Made by a program: the position numbers and the translations under genes. From assembly GCA_964035545.1 (NCBI GenBank), contig OZ037767.1, positions 13,191,801 to 13,255,800 on the forward strand: a DNA stretch of 64,000 nucleotides, written 5' to 3'. The notes beneath the pieces are model-generated. The model was not told where the DNA came from. It ran no database searches and saw only the letters and a list, made by a program, of their open reading frames with translations. This document shows, in pieces, positions 13,201 to 24,900 of this stretch (positions within the stretch are counted from its first letter, which is position 1; every line of letters starts with the position of its first letter). This DNA is from Bugula neritina. Lineage: Eukaryota; Animalia; Bryozoa.

Positions 13201-15601
13201 TAGGTTTGCAGATCAAATGTAAATTATTAACTGTAGAGCTCTAAGCATTAGAACCTTATAACCTGTGCGTTGTCTGCATTTACTTTAGAATTGTCTTCCC
13301 CACAACTGTCGCTTTGTATGCAGGTACAATACACGGTCACATGCAGGTAAACACCAATGCCTGCGTGCTCTGGATTGATGCCCACGCCGATCTCAACACA
13401 CCCAAAACCAGCCCTTCCGGAAATTTCCATGGCATGCCTCTGTCATTCATACTCAGAGAGTTGGAGGGAGATGTGAAGCAACTGAAGGACGCGTATGAAG
13501 AGTGGGCGTGGCTGCAGCCCTGGTAAGAAATATATGTTGTATTGTCTTGCCTCATTGGCTAAGTGTTATTATCTCGAAAATTCTTTGCGGGAAGGTTTTT
13601 TTGGTTTTGTTGAAATTTTAGTATTTTGAAATTAGCTTTCAGCATCAGTTTTCTACTTTCTATAGGCTGTGTAGACTAACTTCAACCAATGATTACTTCT
13701 CTGGTAGCCTTGAATTCAAAAAATATAATTTCAAACATTGGATATACCAGAGTACATGTTGAAACAGGAGTTGTCATTCCTCCTGCCATCTAACTTGGAT
13801 TATGAAAACTGTTGCATTTTTAGATGTTATCAGTTTCATGGCTCACGCAATGTCATTGTTGGTTTGATATATAAATTGGAATTATTTTTAAAAATTTCAA
13901 TGCCGGGCTCTCTAAATTTCCCTGATGTCATCGCAATATATCTGCTAAAACTAACTTTTCAGCTCCAAGCTGTAAACTTTTGTAAATTTTAGGGTATGAA
14001 TAGAAATATGGTATTAATTTACTGGTTTTCACCAATATTTAATTCAGTTGGCACTTATAATATTGTATCGCAAATCTGTTGAGTTTTACTCCATTCTGCA
14101 TGTTATAAATAAGATTAAAAGCTACTACTAATATAAACAGCCAGCAAATATATGAAAATAGAAGTTTTTCAAACCACAACTGTGAATGTTTTAGACAAAC
14201 TTGTGTGTTTTTAGCCTCAGTGCCAAAGACATTGCATACATTGGACTTCGAGACGTGGACGCAGGCGAACAGTAAGTAGCTCAAGTGCTGTTTTAAGTAT
14301 TGCTGGTTCTATATACATTGTATAGTATCAAGTTGTACTCTGTTTAGTGTCAAGTTGTACTCTTTTTAGTGTCAAGTTGTACTCTGTTTGATATCAAGTT
14401 GTACTCTGTTTGATATCAAGTTGTACTCTGTTTGATATCAAGATATAATCTGTTTAGTATAAAGTTATACTCTGTTTAGTATCAAGTTGTACTCCGTTAC
14501 TTTAGATACTTGATGAAGAAGCTTGGCATCAAGTACTTCTGCATGTACGAGATAGACAAGTATGGCATCTCTTACTGTTTAAATCAGGCGCTGAAAGCAG
14601 TAAATCCACAGTAAGTAGTTATCTTCTCTTTGCTCTCCCTCCTCTAGTAACCTTATACACAGCTGCGGAAATAGAACCAGTGACATTCCCAATTTACAAA
14701 TACTGATTTCTATACATGTTACAATTAAACATTACCTAGCATTATACTTTTATATTTACATTTCCACTATTTTGAACTGTCATGTCGGCATATTTTTGGT
14801 GAGTACTAATGACGTACACCATGTCTAAAGTACCTTTATGTGCTCTATAATACGTGGCCAGGTAGTAGCAACACGATGAACAGTAAACACTAGTATGTAC
14901 TTGTAGGATGGACAGACCTATTCACCTGAGTTATGACATAGACTCCTTGGACCCTGTATACGCTGTCAGCACCGGTACACCTGTCATGGGGGGTCTCACC
15001 TTCAGGGAGGGCTGCTTCATCGCTGAGGAGATCGCTGCCACTAGTAAGTTAGCTTTGCTGCCGACATCAAGTTGGGTGTGTTATGTCAGCAGGTGGCACT
15101 AACTCTGCTTTTCATGGCCGCAGCTCAACTCTATGGAGATGAAAGTACTAATTTATATTGTAAAATTGCGACTAGAAAAAATAGGGAGACTTGATGAAAT
15201 ATAGAAAGAATAAAATAGTATTTTTGAGAGAGAGATTGTATAATTAGTGGATGACTGACGTAGATGCTTGTCGGAGTGAACTTTATCCTCTGATCTTGGC
15301 TCACTGACTCAGCTCGTATCCACCAATTCATTTTAACAGACAACTCTAAAATGTTCGCTTGAAGTCAAATTTAGCCCACATAGAGTAAATGCAGAACAGA
15401 GTTTGCTGTTTCTAGCCTGTTTGTTGCCTATCAGCTAGTGTCTGTCTGTTAGCTTACCACTTCCTGTTTCCTGTAGACATGCTGTCGGTACTGGACATGG
15501 TGGAAGTTAATCCGGAGCTGACGGACATTGCCGGAGGGGAACTGACTGCTAACTGCGCGTCTAAGATTATACTCAGTTGCCTTGGTTCTAGAATTGTGTA
15601 G
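10209..15601 (+). CDS. ARG: Arginase (Mn2+-dependent ureohydrolase), probably mitochondrial, ~346 aa
   Basis: Exons 10209-10367, 11182-11361, 12985-13063, 13324-13522, 14215-14271, 14506-14610, 14907-15043, 15477-15601 (TAG); phases are consistent. Motifs [71 protein letters not shown] and DMVEVNP are all intact. Confidence 0.96.
12886..12984. repeat. ~30-bp intronic minisatellite (gttacacatgta core, 4 copies) ending in the exon-3 acceptor
   Basis: acacatgta recurs four times; the last copy reads acacatgtag and supplies the AG. Confidence 0.7.
14324..14500. repeat. 21-bp intronic minisatellite (agtatcaagttgtactctgttt-like, ~8 copies)
   Basis: Direct tandem copies fill most of arginase intron 5 up to the acceptor at 14505. 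Confidence 0.9.
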
Positions 15602-16496
15602 ACATATCTCACAGGACGTACAATAGCCCCTGCCTGTATTCCTGAGTGGCACATACCAAAGTTTCAGGCCAATTTTTTATAGTGTTGTGTTTTCAACAGC
15701 CAAACATTGTAATCATATTCTTTATTTTTGTATTTTGTTTTTATGCAATCATTTATTGTAAGATCAGTTACGCATGTATTTGAACAGTTGTAAATTGACT
15801 TCGTCTCTCTGCGCAAGTTTCTGTACCAACTATTTGTACTTGATGAGCATCTGCTGGTGCACATTGTAGCTACCAAAACCTCGTTCTAAATTTTCATTTG
15901 ATACATAGTGACATAACATGGTTGATACTTACTGAACTTGTATTGTAATTGATGAACTCTGTGTAGTATTGAGTGTTGCTACAATGTTATCCAATAGGAT
16001 GGACAACTTCTAAACTGGTATTCGGGTATAATGTATGTGATAAATCATCTGGTTTTGCTAACCTGTATTTAATTCTTTTGCAGTTTATAACCCAACAATC
16101 TCTTGCCTTGTAATATATTATGTATTATATTGTGGTATTGAAGTACTTCTTGTATCACTCATTAAATGATCACTAATTGTTGTTTTTCTCATATTGCGGT
16201 TTATTGTGTATGTATCTCTACTTATACAAATACAATTAAAAATTTCTTCATATAATATTTCCGGAGTTGTAATTTTCTTATAAAAAGCCAGTCATATTTC
16301 TTAGATATGATATTGTGTCTTGAAACACTTGTGAGTTCAAATGGCTGCTCTAACAATTGCTCAATATACATCTAAAAAAATATAACGCTACCTCCAACTA
16401 CCAGGCCGGTACATAGAACTAGTAAATTCTTCATAAAATAATTATTATAGTTGCACAATGCATCAGTAATCAATTTGATCTATTGGATTTTAAATT

Positions 16497-18890
16497 TTAT
16501 TGAAATTCAACGTCAATATCAAAGCTAGATTCGCTCAATTCCATTCCAGCCTCAAAGTTCTGAGATTCAGCTTCATTCACCATAGCCCGAGATTCTTGCA
16601 GCAACTGAGAGGATCTGTTGCGGCTGTTGGTCACAGAATCCTGAAGCTGATCTAAGGATTCTGACATGGTTCTGTTAGCTACTTGGTTTCTCCGCACATA
16701 CCCGCTTGCCACTGCTAATTGTCGTTCGAATCCCTTCAGTTTTTGTCTTGCACAGCTGATGAGTAATTTGAACCCATTGCTAATAGTTTCCATTGACGTA
16801 TTACCAAGTGCTGCTGGGTCGAGGTTTGCAATATCATTAAGAGTTGTGTCCCCAATACTGGTTCCAGCTCTATGGCCATCACCTGCAGACGTCGGGTTGA
16901 AGGGTGTAGAAAGCAGACTTCCTGCAGATTCCTCTGAGTATGGTGTCCAAATGCTGCCGTCCAACTTCCACTTCCTGGCTTGCTGCCCTTTTCTTATCTC
17001 TGATTGGCAGTTGAAAGCTGAAATTTCAGTTGATGAGTTGCTGCATATTGCGCTCTGAGTTCGATGAGTGACTTGTGGTCGTTTTGAATCCAGGTCGGCG
17101 TACAGAGCTCTAATAGCATAGACTGGATGGATTTGGTACGATATGACCGCCTTTCTACATTCGGGGCATGTTCTCTGAGAATCTAAACACAAGCAAATCA
17201 GTTGATCTCTAGTGAGAAGTGTGAATACGAAAAAGAGCTCTTCAAAAATTATTAGATATATAGAGACAAAAATATTTTCCATTTCACAGTTAATATCATC
17301 ATTATATATATTTACAAAAACTTTTCCATATATGACGCACAACTGCATGTGTTTAACTTCAACTGATTTAAAGCTAACTTTCTCTACAGTTGAAAGTTTA
17401 GTAGATTAACTCCGCATATAATTTGCTGACAAAATAGATGGGCTATAAAATTCAACTGTGCTTACTAGTAAGTTTACAACCCTTGAAATAGTTTGTTATG
17501 TATAGTGTATTTAGATTAAATTGCAACTACAGTAAATCATTTATACTATAGTCTATAGTCTATTGCATTATTGCAGAAACCATTGAAGTGTAACAGATAA
17601 TACAATGTAGGTAACAGCAATTGGGTAAACACTTTCCAACACATGTCTCAGGTATATAGAGAAACATATACTACGTTGCTATACATCTAGTGAAAATTTA
17701 GTTGCATAATGTAAAGCATGGATAAATTAGAAAATGTTTCTCAGCTATACACAAATAAAACAATTAAGTTTAAAATAAATTGAAACTGACTCGTTTTGAT
17801 CCAGAGCTTCAAGCAGCCATCACAGAACATGTGACCACATCTGGTGGAAACGGCCTCCTTCAAAGGTCCACGGCAGATGGCACAGCTGAGATAGCTGCTT
17901 AACAAAGTCTTATAGCCACAGCAACGACTCTCAACCTCTGAGCCCTTCAGCATGTAAATAAACATCACATCAGCTAGCAGCATAAACATTAGCACAACGA
18001 GTTTCATCACAGCTGATGTAGCTTAGATTACTATAACAGGAATAATTTTAAGTACATTTCTTTTTTGAGCTGCTGCTTAAAAATTAATGCAAGTATATAA
18101 TATATTTTTTCAAATAACTAATATCATGAAATAAATTAAGTTGCAAAATAAAGTTATTGTAATTCCGAATTACAATTCTCACAAACAGAAGTGTTTAATT
18201 CAGTAAAAGATCTTAACATTAGTTTATTTGATAATAAACAATATAGACAGCTGTTTTTTATACATCTAGCTGAATCTATAGAAATTAGATAGTAAGTTCT
18301 CGATTTATTTTGAAGTTTAGTTTATATATAGTTTTTCATAGTTTATATAGTAAACAGTGACCTAGTTGACTTAAATCTTAACTTCCAACTACCTGACATT
18401 CAAGTAAAATTACCTTTACCAAGTTTTTGATGAAATGACTAATTTTAGAATTACTAGTATATGTGCAATATTACAATATTACAGTGACTTAAAACATGAC
18501 ATATGTGTTTATAGTATGTTGAGTACTGATTATATGTGTGTGTGCGTGCGTGCGCGCACGTGTGCGTGTGTGTGTGTGTGTATAATACTAAAAGTAAATA
18601 GTATAATTATATATATAATAAAATTATGAATTATACTTCATAGCATATATAATATAGTATACTATATATGTAGTATATCATGTACTATATAGTATACTAC
18701 AAATCAATAGACGGTATGTATTATATAGTTGTATGTGCTACACAATAATAATATGTTATAAGTATATAATAATATTATAATATACAATTATAGTATATTA
18801 TTGATATTATATACTGTTACTGTAGCCATATAATATGTGTATATAATGTGTGTAAAACTGACTATCACCAGAGCAGTTCTAACTTACCAT
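16497..18890 (-). CDS. C3HC4 RING-finger protein with C-terminal coiled coil (putative E3 ubiquitin ligase), ~280 aa
   Basis: Exons ~17944-17791 and 17182-16497 join in phase to give CAICRGPLKEAVSTRCGHMFCDGCLKLWIKTNSQRTCPECRK, a canonical RING-HC. The start is probably the ATG at 18890-18888 immediately before a gtaag donor. The 5' end and the exon-2 acceptor are uncertain. Confidence 0.8.
18535..18582. repeat. (TG)n/(TGCG)n microsatellite
   Basis: Visible dinucleotide/tetranucleotide run. Confidence 0.85.
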
Positions 18891-19319
18891 TCTTCAGTAG
18901 TTCTATTTGCTGTCCCAAACCTCCGTGGTTTTGTTATGCATACAAATGCCCAGTTCCTTGTCTTTGATTTCCAAATGCTATAAATTAGATGACACTTACA
19001 CTGCTATCTATTCCTCAAGGTCTCTCTCTATGTTGAACAATAGGCGAATTGTATTATTTACTCAAGGGCATAGCAATATTAATTATAATTACTGTATATG
19101 TAACAATACAATGCTAATGCTGTGATATAGTGTTATGTAGCCAAGCATAACAATGAGAAATTAGAATTATTATTACCATGTTCAATTATACATATATAAT
19201 GTTTTTAAGTTCATGTTACCTTTTAAGTCTTTGTATTGTGAACAGATATAAGTTATCTCCCATGAGTGTGAGATTAATCATAAACACTGTGTGCATGTTT
19301 ATGTGTTTATTTGTTTATA

Positions 19320-19582
19320 ATGTTTGTTTGTGTGTGTGAGTGCGTGCGTGCGTGTGTGTGTGTGTGAGTGCTTGGGTGCGTGTGTGTGTATGTGTGTTTG
19401 CGTGGGTGCGTGCGTGCGTGTGTGTGTGTGTTTGTGTGTGTGTTTGTGTTAGTGTGTGTGTTAGGGTGTGTATGTGTGTTAATGTGTGTTAATGTGTGTT
19501 TGTGTGTGTGTTTGTGTGTGTGTGTCTGTTTGTGTTAGTGTGTGTGTTAGGGTGTGTATGTGTGTTAATGTGTGTGTGTGCG
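19320..19582. repeat. Degenerate (TG)n microsatellite
   Basis: Long interrupted TG/TGCG/TTTG run. Confidence 0.9.
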
Positions 19583-20729
19583 TAGTTTGTGATAGTTTGA
19601 CTTTTATTTGCTATCAAACTGCACCAATATGGCCTTTCAATACTACAATGCTGTATATATGAAGCTGTAATTTAATATATAAATTCTAGCAATCTTGTGT
19701 GCTAAGTATCTTGTAAAACTCGCACGGACAGTGATGATCACATGGGACACAACTGAATTGATTGCTTTTTGTCATATAGAAAAGCAGAAGATGAATTTAA
19801 AATTTTATCAAGTAAATACCCTGGGAGCTTTTTTCATGTACTGAAGGAACGAAATAATTAAAGAAAATAAATTATTAACAAATTTCCCATTTGTCAGGAG
19901 AAACCGTGAGAGTTTGTCACCAGCATTTGTTTTCCAGTAACCTAGCTACAAAAGTTGACAGCAAAGCATTTGCTCTAAGTTGTCACCAAGTTGTCCATAA
20001 ACAGTAAACACCATAAAGCTTTAGTATGCAACAGGATTTCCACTGCACCAAACTGTAGCATGAGTTCTAAGCTCATAATAGAGGAATTGATTATAAATAT
20101 GGCATTTATTGGACAGGTTTCTTGTACACTAAGGCTATGCATATTAATATGCAAATGTTGACTGAAAAACAAGGCTTTGGCACTTCTACATAGATGAGAC
20201 AAAATTTTGAATAAATTGTGGTGATGAGCCGAGTTGTTTATTCTTGTGCATATGCAAATAACTGAGCTAATGAACTGAGAAAAAGCTATTTTTGGCCATA
20301 ATAATATATGCCTGACGTTTAGCAAAATAGTTTTTGAGAAGTTTTTTGAATAAATAACACATGCAGCTGGTTGAGCTGTACTTTTACCCTCAGCCACTAT
20401 ATGTTTACTTAATTGCTTCTCGTGTAAAAACTATACTGCATGCAGGGGTTTCCATTATAGGTACGAAGGAGGGGGCAGCCTATTTTCGTTGTAGCTTGGA
20501 ATTTGAATAGTTGTCTTTAATTATGGCTCTGATTTTACAATAATGGCAGGGTTCAACAGCTGAAATTTTCAAAAACGTTGTGCAGAAGTACAGATAGAAT
20601 TTTGACATGGTTATTTTAGTATCACATCATCTGCCTTACAGTATTTCATTCAAGTGAACAGGCTTGCTGTTGCAGCAGTATCATATGCACACATGTGTAT
20701 CATGTGCACAGGATATATTATTTAGTTTA

Positions 20730-21005
20730 CAGACGTTTGTTTATAAAATTACGTCATCGGTAAAATGACTTTAGATATTATAAAAGCGGAAATGCAAATT
20801 ATGTGTTCGCTGAAAGCTAAAACGTAAATTGAAATAAAAAAGTGTGCTCGCTAAATGATAATGAGCCAATTAGATCAAACACGCACGAGCTTGCCGCTCA
20901 GCATGTTAGACGTGTGAAAACCCCGCTCACGACGTCCCATTTTTGGGCTAAACGGGTTTTCTCGCACGTCACGAACGTGCAAAACGCATCGTGTGGCCCT
21001 ACGCT
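20730..21005. promoter_or_regulatory. CpG-rich island, candidate promoter of the RING gene (or a small DNA element)
   Basis: Locally dense CpG in an otherwise CpG-poor region. Contains a CCAAT box (agccaatt), acgtca motifs and an imperfect inverted repeat, and lies upstream of the minus-strand RING gene. Confidence 0.4.
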
Positions 21006-21980
21006 TACAGTTATTAAACCTTATTTGATCATTTTCAACAAAACATGTTGCAATCTAGCTGCATGCTGAAGTTAATAATAATTATAACATTTTCTAAGTT
21101 TTATGAGTGCAGAGTAGTCTGTTAAATTGTTTTATATTTGTTGTCACCTGTATGCTCACATTCAACCATGCAATATATTATTATATGGGTATAGGAGGGA
21201 GTGCCTAGCATTGTAATTAGTGTTATTCTGCAAATAACTGGTTTTGCTGAGTTATTTGTATTTAGAGATAGATTTTAGTTTGCACCGGAAGAAGACAACT
21301 ACTTGCAAGCAGTATTGTGCTCACAAGATTTAGCAAATGCTTTGAAATGTAGCCCAGGTACTATGGGCATAACTGACTGCAGTCAGAGCAGAGTGGTATA
21401 TTATGTACATTTTTTTTTTGAGTTGGGGCTACTCGTGATCTACCATTACTATGTTGCTAGTTGAACTTTGGTTGTAAACTATATGCATGCTCATTATAGT
21501 AGTCAGCTTTTTTGATTTCGTGCACAAAGTTGATAAATAATTTAAAATAGGCATCACATATTCATAACTTTTGTAAGTAATTCAGGGGCTGCATAGTTCA
21601 TTGCTTTTCATAGTTAGACTGTCAGTAATATAACATTGTATTTGTATAAGACTATAATATAGATGACATTAAAAGTATAGAAACTAGTAAATACATGCAT
21701 GTTCCATAAGCCAGAAGTTGAAAAATCTCATATAAAATTATTACAAAAAATGAATGTTTTTAACTGCAGAAATTGTTAGTAAAAACTAGGAGTTGAATGC
21801 AAATAAAAGCAGTTAAAATGAGTAGCACCGCATAGTAATTGCTAAATGGAAGGCGACTAAAAGATAATTATGCTTATATTCAAACTGAGAAAAAAATTCT
21901 CAACTTAAAAAGGTATAAACAGCTGAAGTAGGATGCAAAAATTAAGTCATATTTAGGAGCAAATGTTGTTTGGCGCAGTT

Positions 21981-24900
21981 TTAGATGTCAGGTGTCGGCA
22001 GGTGCTTGACACTGGCTACCTGAGGTTTAGTTACGCTGACATCAGCTTGCAAGTCATCAGAATCATCAGCCAATTTATTTGAAAGCTGCCCATCTGGTTT
22101 CGGGAAAACATGCTCTGTGGTTGGTGCACATGCAGCCTGCTCATTGGTCAATTTATTCTGGTTCTCGATTGGTTTGATGGAAGCCTCAGAACCATCAGGT
22201 ACACCAGACTGAACTGCCAGCTCACTATCTATCTCCAAGGGTGGGTTGGATTGATCTGGTAAGTTATGCTCCAAGTCTTCAGAGCTTTCTCCAAGCTGTG
22301 GCTTTTTTAGAGAATTCAAGTTTTGTGGTGGTGACTGTTCAAATTGTGGAGGAAGATCTGCCATCACTTCCAGGGGCTTCAGCGGCTCTACTTCAAAAGC
22401 TTGGTCAGTCACTGGTTCGCCCAGCAATGGTAACTCGGGTGACTGAGCTACAGGTGACTGTTTTGGCAAAGAATCAGCACCAGCGTCTTTTAGACTTGGT
22501 TCATTCACAGATAAAGGATCACATAAAGCAGCATTTACAGGAGAGCTTAATAGGCATTGTGGATCTTCAGTCTCACTAGAAGATATGTCAACAGACGGCT
22601 GACTAGGGTATGTTTGATCTCCTGACCCGCTTTGCAGAGGCAAATCTACCAAACAATTTTGAGACTGCTGCGCTTCTACCGGTGGTTCTATTTCACGGTC
22701 AGACTTCTCACCATCTCCGTCACTCTTTAAATTATCAGCGGGATTCTCAGCAAAAGATACTGAGGAGTCCCCAGACGGCGGCTGAAAGGCAGTAAGCTTA
22801 GGTTGCTGTTCCTTTGGTAACTGACGCACTGGTCCAACTTCTAAGGCAACATGTTCAACCTGATAGTCATGAACCAATGGCTTCTCGGCAGACACCTCCT
22901 CCGCAGCTGGCTGCTGTGCAACTGGTTCTTCTGGCATTTGTGCTGCAAAACCATCAGAGGTTTTTGCCTCTACCGAAGATGTATCTGAGAACAGCTCCTC
23001 CCCCAAGAGGTCTGTGTTCCCACCTTTTCTCAACTGGTCAGTACCCGAGTCTTCAATGAATGTCTGCGTGTCTGGTGTACCTTTAATTACCTCTGCAACA
23101 GGTTCCATTACCGGCTGTGTTTTCTCTGGAACAACTTCAAATGACAATTCTTCTGAAAGCACTGGCACTTCTTCTGAAAGTACTGGCACTTCTCCTCGAG
23201 GTACTGACATTTCTTCTGAAAGCACTGGCACTTCTTCTGAAAGTACTGGCACTTCTTTTGACAGTACTGGCACTTCTCCTGGAGGTACTGACATTTCTTC
23301 TGAAAGCACTGGCACTTCTTCTGAAAGTACTGGAATTTCTTTTGGAGATAGCAACACTTCTTCTGAAAGTACTGACACTTCTCCTGGAGGTACTGACACT
23401 TCTTTTGACAGTACTGGCACTTCTTCTGGAGGTACTGACATTTCTTCTGAAAGTACTGGCACTTCTTCTGACAGTACTGGCACTTCTCCTGGAGATACCG
23501 ACACTTCTCCTGGAGATACCGACACTCCTTCTGAAAGTACTGGCACTTCTTCTGGAGGTACTGACACTTCTTCTGACAGTACTGGCATTTCTTCTGACAG
23601 TACCGGCACTTCTTCTGACAGTACCGGCACTTCTTCTGGAGGTACTGACAGTTCTTCTGGAGGTACTGACACTTCTTCTGAAAGTACTGGCACTTCTTTT
23701 GACAGTACTGGCAGTTCTTCTGGAGGTACTGACACTTCTTCTGACAGTACTGGCACTTCTTCTGAAAGTACTGGCATTTCTTCTGACAGTACCGGCACTT
23801 CTTCTGACAGTACTGGCACTTCTTCTGAAAGTACTGGCATTTCTTCTGACAGTACCGGCACTTCTTCTGACAGTACCGGCACTTCTCCTGGAGGTACTGA
23901 CAGTTCTTCTGAAAGTACTGGCACTTCTTCTGAAAGTACTGGCAGTTCTTCTGGAGGTACTGGCACTTCTTCTGACAGTACTGGCACTTCTTCTGAAAGT
24001 ACTGACAGTTCTCCTGGAGGTACTGACACTTCTTCTGGAGGTACTGACACTTCTTCTGACAGTACTGGCACTTCTTCTGACAGTACTGACACTTCTCCTG
24101 GAGGTACTGACAGTTCTTCTGGAGGTACTGACACTTCTTCTGACAGTACTGGAATTTCTTTTGGAGGTACTGACACTTCTTCTGACAGTACTGGCACTTC
24201 TTCAGAAAGCACTGGCACTTCTTCTGACAGTACCGGCACTTCTTCGGACAGTACCGGCACTTCTTCGGACAGTACCGGCACTTCTCCTGGAGGTACTGAC
24301 AGTTCTTCTGGAGGTACTGACACTTCTTCTGACAGTACTGGCACTTCTTCTGGAGGTACTGACACTTCTTCTGACAGTACTGGCACTTCGCCTGGAGATA
24401 CCGACACTTCTCCTGGAGGTACTGGCACTTCTTCTGAAAGTACTGGGACTTCTTCTGAAAGTACTGGCACTTCTTCTGGAGGTACTGACACTTCTTCTGA
24501 CAGTACTGGCAGTTCTTCTGAAAGTACTGGCACTTCTTCCGGAAGTACTGGCACTTCTTGTGAAAGTACTGGCACGTCTCCTGGAGGTACTGGCACTTCT
24601 TCTGACAGTACCGGCACTTTTCCTAGAGGTACTGGCACTTCTCCTGGAGGTACTGACACTTCTTTTGAAAGCACTGGCACTTCTTCTGGAGGTACTGACA
24701 CTTCTTCTGGAGGTACTGGCACTTCTTCTGACAGTACTGACACTTCTTCTGAAAGTACTGGCACTTCTTCTGGAAGTACTGGCACTTCTTGTGAAAGTAC
24801 TGGCACTTCTTCTGGAGGTACTGGCACTTCTTCTGAAAGTACTGACACTTCTTCTGACAGTACTGACACTTCTTCTGACCGTACTGGCACTTCTTCTGAA

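Noticed and set aside
15599-15681. Stop-codon readthrough extending arginase by 26 aa
   Set aside because: The TAG-ACA context is not a known leaky motif, the extension lacks the REGN tail or a PTS1, and a 26-codon open stretch is expected by chance.
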